44,536 bases of DNA from an uncultured Candidatus Saccharibacteria bacterium (GTDB lineage: Bacteria; Patescibacteriota; Minisyncoccia; Minisyncoccales; PEYH01). A program made the translations under genes and the position numbers. Location of the stretch: contig CAZLVZ010000002.1 of the NCBI GenBank assembly GCA_964563465.1, forward strand, positions 1-44,536, read 5' to 3'. The number at the start of each line of letters is the position of its first letter. The stretch's first letter is position 1. The notes beneath the pieces were generated by a model, which saw nothing but the letters and a program-made list of their open reading frames with translations, had not been told where the DNA came from and made no database searches. Positions 9,501-17,892 of the stretch are shown piece after piece.

Positions 9501-10050
9501 GCTCAAGTTTGACGAAAAACTTATTAATAAAACATTAGAACAGAAGATGGATACAGTAAGAGGGATAGTCAGCGAAGGGCTTAAGATTAGAAGCGACAAT
9601 TCTATTAAAGTTAGACAACCATTGAATACTTTAAAAGTTAGGAGCGAAAAGCTTAATAAAGGATTGCTTGCTTTAATTCAAGAAGAACTCAATGTAAAAA
9701 ATATTGAATTTAAGGAAGATGCTACAAAGCAAGAACATTGGAAATTGGAATATGATTTAAAGATTACGCCTGAATTGCAAAACGAAGGAATGATTCGTGA
9801 AGTGGCGCGTCAAATTCAAGATATGAGAAAGAAAGCTAATTGTAGCCCAGAAGATAAGGTTGTAATTTATTGTGATGGAAATAAAGATTTTGTGAACCTA
9901 TTAAATCACAACAAAGAATTGATTTTGTCGCAAACCCGCGCAAAAGATTTTATTTCTCAAAGAAAAGAAAAAGAAATATTTAATATTGAAAGAGAGATTA
10001 AAATTAATAATCAAGAACTTTGGTTAGGACTAAAAATTGTAGTAAGATGA
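6514..10050 (+). CDS. ileS: Isoleucine--tRNA ligase (type 2-like) carrying a nested extra domain
   Basis: Motifs seen: PPTANAKPGVHHVLTRAFKD, the CP1 editing block TTTPWTLPANIAIAVNP, KMSKSKGNVVDP, and the zinc knuckle C469xxC472 / C710xxC713. The 1178-aa length is inflated by an insertion of about 200 aa. Confidence 0.95.
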   Translation: MEVGRSKSEEKIAKFWKENQVFEKSLNKKGGDFVFYEGPPTANAKPGVHHVLTRAFKDIICRYQTMQGKRVLRKAGWDVHGLPVELAVEKSLGLKNKKDIEEYGIDKFNQKCKESVWEHAKEWGDLTERIGFWLDLKNPYITSDPLYMESIFNIIKQISNKGLLYQDYKVVPYCPRCGTVLSSHEVAQGYKKIKENAVYVKFEIKNKKFKANTFLLVWTTTPWTLPANIAIAVNPKIEYILVKINKEYLIIAKKRQEILEDNFEIIKEFKGEDLVGLQYKPIFKKDVIVLPKNTKNAYQILPADFVTTQEGTGLVHIAPAFGQDDMELIKTENEKQKKESDKFPILLIVDKEGKFTVEVKKWKGMFVKDADSLIIKELKNTNRLFKQEKYEHDYPFCWRCDTPLLYYAKKSWFIKVKDIKQKLIENNQKINWLPEHIKEGRFGEWLRELKDWALSRERYWGTPLPVWKCEHCDHQEVIGGREDLKKQKFSTNQYFVLRHGESTSNVEEFYCSWPEPKKSLLTQKGEFQINEIIEKIKNEKIDIIFSSDILRTSQTAELVAKALGKKVKYDIRLREIDMGIFNGKDLQRGREFFNSEVKLSAKEVFLNKFNNGFSEGENFSEVKMRVLDFLKKIDKKFKNKNILIVSHELPILMLKSALLGWTNEEMAEHRKDISTSTGSFAKIEFKIFPYNQKGELDFHRPYIDEVQFLCPKCGKAMERVPEVIDCWFDSGSMPFSQRHWPFSDQSSKINNYSIPPELFPADYISEAVDQTRGWFYTLLAISSLLGFESPYKSVVVLGHVLDKNGQKMSKSKGNVVDPWEMIEKYGADALRWYFYTINQPGDSKLFSEKDLDQRLKKFIMTFWHCFTFWKMYEQTVENKSAEIDSQNVLDKWILSKLNGLVGDTTKKLDKYDITGAAREIESFVIDDLSLWYIRRSRKRFQRPDSQKEIEQAYSVLRHTLLVLSKLTAPFIPFVSEEIYLEVMNKKDKLSVHLDDWLKFDEKLINKTLEQKMDTVRGIVSEGLKIRSDNSIKVRQPLNTLKVRSEKLNKGLLALIQEELNVKNIEFKEDATKQEHWKLEYDLKITPELQNEGMIREVARQIQDMRKKANCSPEDKVVIYCDGNKDFVNLLNHNKELILSQTRAKDFISQRKEKEIFNIEREIKINNQELWLGLKIVVR
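7981..8595 (+). other. Histidine-phosphatase (PGAM-like, branch 1) domain inserted within ileS (about aa 490-694)
   Basis: The family motifs occur in order: YFVLRHGESTSN, LTQKGEFQ, FSSDILRTSQTAE, REIDMGIFNG, GENFSEV, ILIVSHELP. The region is flanked by the two CxxC halves of the IleRS zinc knuckle, and the reading frame is continuous. Confidence 0.7.
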
Positions 10051-10085
10051 TAGATGCAGAGCAATTAATGATTAATCGTTAACAC

Positions 10086-10532
10086 ATGGCCATCCCTAAA
10101 TTTTTAAAAGCGTTTATAGATGTAGCCAAAACCGGAGCTACACCAGTAAATAAAAAAATAACCCAAGGACAGCCCGGAAGTGGACACAAGAGAATGGCTG
10201 AAGGAGAGGTTACAAAAAGGAACGAAACATCAGAAGGAATTTTTGGTTCAAAACCTTTTATTAATAGATATAGATTTCGGGAGCAATTAAAGAAAGTGTC
10301 GGGGAAAATTCCCGGTGGAGGTGTTTATAACCAAAAAGAAAGATTGAGCATAGAAAAAGAACTTTTTCCGAGAGAAAAATTTGGACAATATGTTACTCCG
10401 TATGAAATGAGTCGTCGTATTAAAGATCTTAAACATAAACTTTTTCGTTCTGGTAACGCGACTGAGAAAATAGAGACAAGAAGACAAATTAAATTTTTAG
10501 AAAAATTAAGAGGAGAAAAAAAAGATGCTTAA
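10086..10532 (+). CDS. Hypothetical basic protein
   Basis: A 148-aa ORF with no recognisable motif. It overlaps the next ORF by 8 nt, which suggests an operon. Confidence 0.5.
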   Translation: MAIPKFLKAFIDVAKTGATPVNKKITQGQPGSGHKRMAEGEVTKRNETSEGIFGSKPFINRYRFREQLKKVSGKIPGGGVYNQKERLSIEKELFPREKFGQYVTPYEMSRRIKDLKHKLFRSGNATEKIETRRQIKFLEKLRGEKKDA

Positions 10533-12156
10533 TAAAATAATATTTTTTTTAATTATCATTATTATAATTATAGGAGCTGTCGGATATTGGTTTTATCAGG
10601 GCAATAGTTACTCTAAAGATGTTTTGCGTTTAGAGATTTTTGCACCAGAAACAATAAAAGTTGGAGAAGAAATAGAATATAGCGTTCGTATTAAAAACAA
10701 CGGAGATGTTCGACTTGACGAACCAAGTTTAGTATTTGAATATCCAGATACTGCGGAACCGATAAATGGAGAATCTTTACGCATCACAAAAGAGTCGGAA
10801 GAATTGGATAACGCTATTTATCCTGGGCAGGAAAAGATTTTTAGATTTAAAGCAAGAATATTTGGAGAACAGGGTCAGATTAAAGAAGCAAAAGCATTAG
10901 TTTCATATAGGCCTAGAAATTTGAAAGCAAGATATGTCTCTAAGACAAGTCATTTAGCTACGATAGATGAAGTTCCTTTAACTTTTGAATTTGACATTCC
11001 ATCTGGAGTTGGAAGTGGCCAAGAAATGAATTTTTCTTTAAATTATTTTTCAAGCATCGATTATCCCCTTTCAGACTTAGAAATAAAAGTAGATTATCCC
11101 ACGGCATTTGAACTTAAAGAGACTGACCCAAGAGGCATTTCCGATAATCAGTGGAAAATTTCTAATTTAAGTAAGGCCGAAGGCGGAAGAATAGATATTA
11201 AGGGTAGTTTGCGAGGCGAGACAGGGGCTACAGAAGTTTTTAAATCGCAAATTGGAATCTGGCAGAGAGGAGAATTTATTGTTCTAAAACAGGCGATTAA
11301 GCAAGTGAAAATAATTGAACCCTCTTTATATATTAGTCAGCTAATAAATAATTCCTCTGACTATATTGCTAAATCCGGTGATCTTCTTCATTACGAGATT
11401 ATTTTCAGAAATATCGGTAGCAATCCATTGCAACATTTATTTTTAGCCAACAAATTTGATAGTGATTTGTTTGACTTTGAGAGCGTTCGTTCCCTAAAAG
11501 GACAATCTGGATCAGGGGATAATTCAATTATTTGGGATTGGCACGATGTTCCGAAACTTCAGTTTTTAAATGCTGGAGAAGAGGGAATTGTAGAACTTTG
11601 GATAAATCTTAAGGAAGAGGTTGCAAATATTAATCAAGCTAAACTTGAGAATGAAGTTGTTTTAGGACAAGCAAGAAGAAAATTTGTCTCAAAAGTTAGG
11701 ACTAAACTTGAATTAGACCAAAGTCCATATGTTGATGATGAAATTTTCGGAAGTCAAGCTAAATTTCCGCTTCAAACAGGAGAAGAAAATTTATTTACGA
11801 TCATTTGGAAAGCTAAAAATTATTATAATCAAATAGAAGATGCAAAGATACAATCAACCCTGCCTCCACAAGTAAAATTGACAGGCAAAGTTACTCCTCA
11901 AAAACTTGCTTTTGACCCAATTACCAGAGAAATTGTTTGGTCAATAGGTGACTTAGATCCTAATCAAGGAGAGGTTCCGTCGCAACTTGCTTTTCAAATT
12001 CAACTTAAAGCTACTAGTAATCAAAAAGGAAAATTTGCTGAGTTGCTTGGAAAAACAACATTTAGTGCTTTTGATAAGTGGACAGAAGAACATGTGGAGG
12101 CAACGAGTTCGGCTATAACAACAAAAGTATTTGGAGAACAAGGTAAAATTCAATAA
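10525..12156 (+). CDS. Hypothetical membrane-anchored surface protein (repeated beta-rich, DUF11/CARDB-like modules suspected)
   Basis: 543 aa with an N-terminal hydrophobic anchor (IIFFLIIIIIIIGAVGYWF). Recurring segments resemble ...GE.I.Y...I.N.G...L. No catalytic motif was seen. Confidence 0.6.
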   Translation: MLNKIIFFLIIIIIIIGAVGYWFYQGNSYSKDVLRLEIFAPETIKVGEEIEYSVRIKNNGDVRLDEPSLVFEYPDTAEPINGESLRITKESEELDNAIYPGQEKIFRFKARIFGEQGQIKEAKALVSYRPRNLKARYVSKTSHLATIDEVPLTFEFDIPSGVGSGQEMNFSLNYFSSIDYPLSDLEIKVDYPTAFELKETDPRGISDNQWKISNLSKAEGGRIDIKGSLRGETGATEVFKSQIGIWQRGEFIVLKQAIKQVKIIEPSLYISQLINNSSDYIAKSGDLLHYEIIFRNIGSNPLQHLFLANKFDSDLFDFESVRSLKGQSGSGDNSIIWDWHDVPKLQFLNAGEEGIVELWINLKEEVANINQAKLENEVVLGQARRKFVSKVRTKLELDQSPYVDDEIFGSQAKFPLQTGEENLFTIIWKAKNYYNQIEDAKIQSTLPPQVKLTGKVTPQKLAFDPITREIVWSIGDLDPNQGEVPSQLAFQIQLKATSNQKGKFAELLGKTTFSAFDKWTEEHVEATSSAITTKVFGEQGKIQ

Positions 12157-12164
12157 TTTTTATT

Positions 12165-13490
12165 ATGGAGGATTTAATGCAAAAAATTATTTCTTTATGT
12201 AAGAGACGAGGATTTATTTTTCCATCTTCGGAAATTTATGGAGGATTTAATTCCAGTTATGATTTTGGTCCACTTGGAGTTGAATTAAAAAGAAACATCA
12301 AAAAAGAATGGTGGAAAGATATGCTTCAATGCCACGAGAATATCGTTGGTTTAGACGCCTCTATTTTAATGTCTCCACAGGTTTGGAATGCATCGGGACA
12401 CTTGTCAGCTGGCTTTGCAGACGAATTAGTAGAATGTAAACAATGTCATAAACGGTTTAGATTAGATGGGATTGAGAATAATAAATGTCCCGAATGTGGA
12501 GGTGATTTGACCAAGCCAAAGCAATTTAACTTAATGATGAAGACATTCATTGGTTCCTTGGAAGATGAAAGTGCGGTTGCTTACTTAAGACCAGAAACAT
12601 GTCAGGGAATTTATGTTAATTTCAAAAATGTTTTAACTACGAGTCGTTCTAAGTTGCCATTTGGTATCGCGCAAATCGGTAAGGCGTTCCGTAACGAAAT
12701 TACTACCAAGAATTTTATTTTCCGTACTCGAGAATTTGAGCAAATGGAAATGCAATGGTTTTGCGATCCAGAAGAAGCAAATAAATGGTTTGATTATTGG
12801 AAAGAAGAACGACTAAAATGGTATTTGGATTTAGGCGTTGATAAAAAGAATTTAAAGATGACAGAAATTCCAGAAGGAGAACGAGCCCATTACGCTCAAA
12901 GACAGATTGACTTAGAATACAAATTCCCATTTGGCTGGCAGGAAATTGAAGGAATTCATAATAGAGGTGATTGGGACTTGTCTCGACATAGTAAATTTAG
13001 CAAAGAAGATTTGAAATACAAGGATTTAAAAACAGAAAAAGAATATATTCCTCACATTATTGAAACATCGGTTGGAGTTGAGAGAAGTTTGTTGGCTTTT
13101 TTGACCGAGGCATACCAAGAAGTATCTGGAGGTAGAACAAAAACAACCGAATCTACGAAAGCATCAGAGACAGTATTAAGGTTCCATAAAAAATTAGCTC
13201 CGATTAAAATCGCTGTTTTTCCCTTAGTAAAAAATAAACCAAAATTGGTTAAGAAAACAAAAGAAATTTACCAATTACTTAAACAAGATTTTATGTGTCA
13301 ATATGACGAGCAGGGTTCAATCGGACGCCGTTACCGTCGTCAAGACGAGCAAGGCACGCCTTTTTGTGTCACAGTTGACTTTGACACCTTAGAAGATAAA
13401 TCTGTCACCATCCGCGATCGTGACACGATGAAGCAAGAGAGAATAAAAATAGATAATCTCATTGATTATCTAAAGCAAAAATTCGATTAA
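12165..13490 (+). CDS. glyQS: Glycine--tRNA ligase (dimeric class II type)
   Basis: Motifs seen: RRGFIFPSSEIYGGFNSSYDFGPLGVELKRNIK, the Cys-rich insert CKQCHKRF...CPECGG, and the C-terminal anticodon-binding domain. Confidence 0.95.
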   Translation: MEDLMQKIISLCKRRGFIFPSSEIYGGFNSSYDFGPLGVELKRNIKKEWWKDMLQCHENIVGLDASILMSPQVWNASGHLSAGFADELVECKQCHKRFRLDGIENNKCPECGGDLTKPKQFNLMMKTFIGSLEDESAVAYLRPETCQGIYVNFKNVLTTSRSKLPFGIAQIGKAFRNEITTKNFIFRTREFEQMEMQWFCDPEEANKWFDYWKEERLKWYLDLGVDKKNLKMTEIPEGERAHYAQRQIDLEYKFPFGWQEIEGIHNRGDWDLSRHSKFSKEDLKYKDLKTEKEYIPHIIETSVGVERSLLAFLTEAYQEVSGGRTKTTESTKASETVLRFHKKLAPIKIAVFPLVKNKPKLVKKTKEIYQLLKQDFMCQYDEQGSIGRRYRRQDEQGTPFCVTVDFDTLEDKSVTIRDRDTMKQERIKIDNLIDYLKQKFD

Positions 13491-13506
13491 GGGCTGGGGA
13501 AAGAAT

Positions 13507-13527
13507 GGGGGAAGTCGGATTTCCCCC
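13507..13527 (+). terminator. Stem-loop downstream of glyQS (GGGGGAAG/UUUCCCCC)
   Basis: An 8-bp G+C-rich stem with a 5-nt loop lies 17 nt after the glyQS stop. The following T tract is interrupted (TGAAATTT). Confidence 0.4.
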
Positions 13528-13537
13528 TGAAATTTGT

Positions 13538-13550
13538 GGACAATTTTGTC
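13538..13550. promoter_or_regulatory. Near-palindrome GGACAATTTTGTC upstream of the Phd-like gene
   Basis: The half-sites GACAA/TTGTC lie about 50 nt upstream of the ATG at 13602. A related copy occurs at 13868..13883. Confidence 0.3.
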
Positions 13551-13601
13551 TGATAATACGCAAAATTTAACATAATACTGTGAATGTGATCACAAAATTA
13601 T

Positions 13602-13802
13602 ATGGTTAAAGTAATGGAAAAAAATTCAATAAATATTGGCAAAGAACCAATAGTAATTTTTCCTCTTAAAAAATGGGAGGAAATTGAACAAACAATTGAG
13701 GACTTGAAAGAGGCAACAAGATTTAATATTGCCCTTGAGGAAAGCCGAGGCAAGAGACTTTTTAGCTTGGGAGAGATAGCGAAAAAATATAAACTAAAAT
13801 AA
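13602..13802 (+). CDS. Phd/YefM-like antitoxin-type small protein (orphan)
   Basis: 66 aa. The segment KEPIVIFPLKKWEEIEQTIEDLKEATRFNIALEE resembles the N-terminal fold of type II antitoxins. No intact toxin ORF follows. Confidence 0.5.
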   Translation: MVKVMEKNSINIGKEPIVIFPLKKWEEIEQTIEDLKEATRFNIALEESRGKRLFSLGEIAKKYKLK

Positions 13803-13867
13803 ATGTTTAAAGGTTCAACCTCTAAACATTCTACGCCGAACAAAAAATCGTTAAGAAAGGGGTTTTT

Positions 13868-13883
13868 GGACAAAATTTTGTAC
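13868..13883. promoter_or_regulatory. Near-palindrome GGACAAAATTTTGTAC (second copy of the motif)
   Basis: It is 7/8 self-complementary and lies 11 nt upstream of the ATG at 13894. Confidence 0.3.
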
Positions 13884-13893
13884 AATTAAATAT

Positions 13894-14172
13894 ATGAATT
13901 TTTTAATATTATGTGCTGGTCTTATCTTTGGATATCTAATTGCCGCGTTTTGTTCTGGAGGAAGAGAAGGAAAACAAGGAAGGTTTAAATCTTTAACATT
14001 TAAGACAAAGAATTATATAATTCATCTCCATCATTGGTTTATAGCAATTATCGGTCTGGCGATTCTATTATCTTTCAATTTTTATAATAACCTTATCTAT
14101 GGATTATTAATCGGGGCGATTGTTCAAGGTTTAACATACAAGGATTTTTATAGGATAGTTTATAGGCGATAG
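13894..14172 (+). CDS. Small integral membrane protein (about 3 TM)
   Basis: 92 aa with hydrophobic segments LILCAGLIFGYLIAAF, WFIAIIGLAILLSF and LIYGLLIGAIVQGL. Confidence 0.5.
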   Translation: MNFLILCAGLIFGYLIAAFCSGGREGKQGRFKSLTFKTKNYIIHLHHWFIAIIGLAILLSFNFYNNLIYGLLIGAIVQGLTYKDFYRIVYRR

Positions 14173-14194
14173 CAATAAAAATGGGAAATTTAGA

Positions 14195-14632
14195 ATGAAC
14201 ACAAAAAGAGACTTAAATAAACATAAAGCAGTGACAAATCTCTACTCCGTAACTGATTGGGAGTATCATAAAGGGAAAGTTACATGGGATGATCTTTTTG
14301 ATGAAAAAGGGAAATTTTTTTTGACCATAGGAACGATGGAAATGGCAGAAGAGGACGGATTTTTACCTGACTATATTGGTAAAAAGAGAGAACCTTTTCC
14401 TAAAAGAATTTTTATTCAAGAAAAAGACAAAACATGGACTGTTTATGAAAACCTAAAACACTTTACTCCAGAGAAAGTTCAAGAATTACTTGATGATTTG
14501 GGTAAATTAACTGAAAAGATATTCGTTTTTAAATATAAAATTGTTCCAGAATGGTGGAAGCGCCGGTTGACAAAAATGGAGAAGGAAATTGAAGGAGGAA
14601 AATTGATACCTCTCAAAAAGTTGCGTCCGTAG
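14195..14632 (+). CDS. Hypothetical protein
   Basis: A 145-aa ORF, charged, with no recognisable motif. Confidence 0.45.
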   Translation: MNTKRDLNKHKAVTNLYSVTDWEYHKGKVTWDDLFDEKGKFFLTIGTMEMAEEDGFLPDYIGKKREPFPKRIFIQEKDKTWTVYENLKHFTPEKVQELLDDLGKLTEKIFVFKYKIVPEWWKRRLTKMEKEIEGGKLIPLKKLRP

Positions 14633-14725
14633 AGACTTAACTTCTATATTTGATAAATAAAACATCTTATTTCATCGGGTTTTTATTGTTGAAAGAATGG
14701 TCAAGAAATGTTATAGTATAAATAT

Positions 14726-15058
14726 ATGAAGCCAGATAAATATATGGAGTCAGAAAACAAAAACTTAAAGTTACCATCATTTTTTAAGCCATTGCTTTGG
14801 TCTTATAATTTTTTTCTAATAGATCCGAAAAAAAATAAGAAAAGAATTATTATTAACACAGTCAATTATGGTAGATGGAAACACTTGCAATGGATAGTGA
14901 AATTTTATGGCAGAAATAAGCTGAAAAAGATAATTGAAGAAACTCCCGAGACAGAATTTAGGGTCCCTGCGTTGAAACTCGTCTCTTTATTATTGGGAAT
15001 TAAAAAAATGAAATATGCATCAAGAAGTGATTACATCAAAAGGCAAAATAATTCTTGA
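14726..15058 (+). CDS. DUF6922-like small protein, partner of the downstream AbiEii-like gene
   Basis: The pattern LLWSYNFFLIDPKKNKKRIIINTVNYGRWKHLQWIVKFYGRNKLKKII matches the LFWD..d......iI.rvl..G......l...YG motif I recall upstream of AbiEii-like genes. A TTGAAA-17-TATAGT promoter-like pair lies just upstream. Confidence 0.5.
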   Translation: MKPDKYMESENKNLKLPSFFKPLLWSYNFFLIDPKKNKKRIIINTVNYGRWKHLQWIVKFYGRNKLKKIIEETPETEFRVPALKLVSLLLGIKKMKYASRSDYIKRQNNS

Positions 15059-15632
15059 TCGACTTGATAAATTCCCTGATTTTTATTTGGCAGGCGGGAC
15101 AGGGCTGGCCTTACAATTGGGTCACAGAATCTCAGTTGATTTTGATTTTTTTTGGCAGGAAGATATTCCGAAAGAATTACTTTCAAAAATAAGGAAAGTT
15201 TTTAAGGGATGCAGAATTGAAATAGTTGTTAATCGTTTAGCGCAACTAACCGTAGAAATTGATGGAGTGATGATTTCTTTTGTGAAGTATCCTTTCCCAG
15301 TATTTTCAAGACTCATTGATTATAAAGGAATTAAAATTTTGTCTCCCATAGGAATTGCGGCAATGAAAGCGTTCGCGTTAGGAGGAAGGGCTACTTTAAA
15401 GGATTATGTAGATTTATATTTTATTTTAAAGGAAAAGACTGTCGCTTTGGAAGAAATTATTGCTTTATGCGATAAAAAATATGGAAATGAATTCAATCAG
15501 AGATTGTTTTTGGAAGAGTTGGTTTACTCAAAAGACATAGAAGAAATAGAGATAAATTTTTTGAAAGAGAAAGTAGGAAAAATAGCAATAGAGGATTTTT
15601 TTGAGAAAGAGGTCAAAAAAATAAAAATTTAA
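15015..15632 (+). CDS. Nucleotidyltransferase, AbiEii/AbiGii-like (short form)
   Basis: It carries FYLAGGTGLALQLGHRISVDFDFF near the N-terminus. It is 205 aa and overlaps the upstream partner by 44 nt. Confidence 0.7.
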   Translation: MHQEVITSKGKIILDRLDKFPDFYLAGGTGLALQLGHRISVDFDFFWQEDIPKELLSKIRKVFKGCRIEIVVNRLAQLTVEIDGVMISFVKYPFPVFSRLIDYKGIKILSPIGIAAMKAFALGGRATLKDYVDLYFILKEKTVALEEIIALCDKKYGNEFNQRLFLEELVYSKDIEEIEINFLKEKVGKIAIEDFFEKEVKKIKI

Positions 15633-15702
15633 ATCAATAGCTACAAAAAGTCCACGAATAGGGTTTTTTTGTTGGCAGATTTTTTGATAGAGTAAAGATA
15701 TT

Positions 15703-16533
15703 ATGGCAAAGAAGATTTTAAAAAAAAGTTCAATTGGAGTTTTTGATTCCGGATTTGGTGGTCTAGAGATTTTAAGAGAAATAGTAAAAGAATCGCCACA
15801 ATATGATTATATTTATTTAGGCGATACGGCACGAGCACCATACGGCAATCGTTCTCAAGAACAGATTTACTATTTTACAAAACAAGCAGTGGATTTTCTT
15901 TTTAATCGCGATTGTTATTTAATAATTTTAGCTTGTAATACTGCCTCAAGTGAAGCGCTCCGCAAAATTCAAAGAGAGTATTTACCAAAATATTATCCCG
16001 AAAGAAGGGTTTTGGGAGTAATTATTCCTGCAGTTGAATCAGCTACAGAAATAACCAAAAATAATCGTGTTGGAGTTATGGCTACAAATAGCGCAGTTGA
16101 TTCTAATGCATTTGAAAAGGAATTAAAAAAAATTAATTCTCAAATACAAGTTTTTCAACAATCCTGTCCACTTCTTGTACCGATTGTAGAGGAGGGAAAA
16201 CAGGACTCTGTATCAACTAAAACAATTTTGAAAAATTATTTAGAATCCTTAGTCAAAAAAAATATTGATACTTTAATTCTCGGTTGTACTCATTATGGTT
16301 TTTTAGAAAATCAAATTAGAGAAATTGTTGGGAATAAGATTAACATTGTTTCAGAAGGGAAAATAATCGCTGAAAAATTGAAAGATTACTTAACGAGGCA
16401 TTCTGAAATAAAAAATATTTTGGCCAAGAATTCAAAAATTGAATTTTTAACAACTGATTTAAGCGATAAATTCAAAGATATCGGAACTCAATTTTTTGGT
16501 AGACCGATTAATCCAAAAAAAATCTCCCTGTAG
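15703..16533 (+). CDS. murI: Glutamate racemase
   Basis: Motifs seen: IGVFDSGFGGLEILREI, YLGDTARAPYGNRS, ILACNTAS, LGCTHY. Confidence 0.9.
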   Translation: MAKKILKKSSIGVFDSGFGGLEILREIVKESPQYDYIYLGDTARAPYGNRSQEQIYYFTKQAVDFLFNRDCYLIILACNTASSEALRKIQREYLPKYYPERRVLGVIIPAVESATEITKNNRVGVMATNSAVDSNAFEKELKKINSQIQVFQQSCPLLVPIVEEGKQDSVSTKTILKNYLESLVKKNIDTLILGCTHYGFLENQIREIVGNKINIVSEGKIIAEKLKDYLTRHSEIKNILAKNSKIEFLTTDLSDKFKDIGTQFFGRPINPKKISL

Positions 16534-16594
16534 TAGCTCCAACAGAAAATCGCTCTTTGTTTTTATAATTAATTTGATGTATACTTTAGGAAAT

Positions 16595-17863
16595 ATGTAT
16601 AAAAAAACGATTCTAAAAAATGGTTTACGCATTATTACTGTGCCAGACAAAAATACTCAAGCAGTAACGGTTTTAGCATTGGCAAAAGTAGGCAGTAAAT
16701 ACGAGAATAAAAACATTAATGGCATATCTCATTTTTTGGAGCATATGTTTTTCAAAGGAACTAAAAAACGACCCTCTCCAATGGCAGTAGTGGAAACATT
16801 AGATAAAATCGGCGGAGAATACAACGCTTTTACAGGAGAAGAATATACTGGTTATTATGCTAAAGTTGAGGCATCACATTTTGATTTAGCTCTTGATTGG
16901 GTCGCAGATATTTTTTTGAATTCCACATTACCAGCAAAGGAAATTGAGAAAGAAAAAGGAGTTATCGTGGAAGAAATAAACATGTATTTAGATAATCCGA
17001 TGCTTTATGTTCAGACGCTTTGGAGAAAGGTTCTTTACGGAGATCAACCAGCTGGGTGGGATATTGCCGGGAGTAAATCAACGGTGAGGTCAATTTCTCG
17101 TCAAGAATTATCTGATTATAGAAGGAAACATTATACTGCCCCGAATTCTTTAATATGTATTGCTGGTAACATTGACGAACAGGACACTATTAGAAAAGTA
17201 GAAAAATATTTTTTTAAATTAAACAAAGCCAAGAGTGCTAAAAAAATAGAAGTTGTCGAGAAGCAAATTAAGCCAAAATCATTGCCATATTTTAAAAAAA
17301 CAGACCAAACACATCTTTGTTTGGGCGTAAGAGGCTATAATCTTTTTCATCCACAAAAATATGCTTTTCAGCTTTTAGCAACAATTCTTGGTGGGATGAT
17401 GAGCTCTCGACTTTTTATGGAGGTGCGTGAGCATTTGGGCTTGGCCTATTATATTTCTACTTCTACAGAGAGCGATCCAGATTCAGGATTTTTGCTTACC
17501 CGAGCTGGTCTTGATAATAAAAACATAGAGAAAGCTATAAAAGCTATATTAAAAGAATATAAGAAGATTTCTCAAGAAATGGTAGGACCAGAAGAAATTA
17601 AAAAAGCTAAAGAATATATCAAAGGTAAGATGGCCTTATCTTTAGAGGCCTCTGATGCTTTGGCTTCTTTCTACAGCGCCCAAGAGCTTCTTAAAAATGA
17701 AATTTTAACTCCAAAACAAATTTTTAAAGAAATTGAAAAAATTCAAGCAAAAGACATCTTAAGCGTAGCTCAAGATATTTTCAAACCAGAAAAATTAAAT
17801 CTTGCTTTAATCGGTCCATTTAAAGACAAAAAAAGATTTGAAATCTTGTTAAAAGAATTCTAA
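16595..17863 (+). CDS. M16-family (insulinase/pitrilysin-like) zinc peptidase
   Basis: It has the inverted zinc motif HFLEHMFFKG and begins MYKKTILKNGLRIITV. I prefer the ATG at 16595 over the tracked 16496 start, which overlaps murI. Confidence 0.85.
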   Translation: MYKKTILKNGLRIITVPDKNTQAVTVLALAKVGSKYENKNINGISHFLEHMFFKGTKKRPSPMAVVETLDKIGGEYNAFTGEEYTGYYAKVEASHFDLALDWVADIFLNSTLPAKEIEKEKGVIVEEINMYLDNPMLYVQTLWRKVLYGDQPAGWDIAGSKSTVRSISRQELSDYRRKHYTAPNSLICIAGNIDEQDTIRKVEKYFFKLNKAKSAKKIEVVEKQIKPKSLPYFKKTDQTHLCLGVRGYNLFHPQKYAFQLLATILGGMMSSRLFMEVREHLGLAYYISTSTESDPDSGFLLTRAGLDNKNIEKAIKAILKEYKKISQEMVGPEEIKKAKEYIKGKMALSLEASDALASFYSAQELLKNEILTPKQIFKEIEKIQAKDILSVAQDIFKPEKLNLALIGPFKDKKRFEILLKEF

Positions 17864-17892
17864 AATAAAAATGAATAGCTGTTATAAAGATT

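Noticed and set aside
13803-13889. 28-codon ORF right after the Phd-like gene, as its toxin
   Set aside because: It is too short and has no RelE, ParE, Doc or other toxin resemblance in any frame. It probably lies in spacer or remnant sequence.
16496-16594. N-terminal extension of the M16 peptidase ORF as given in the track
   Set aside because: The extension overlaps the murI 3' end by 38 nt and encodes non-conserved sequence. The ATG at 16595 begins with the typical MYKKTILKNGLRIITV start of the family.
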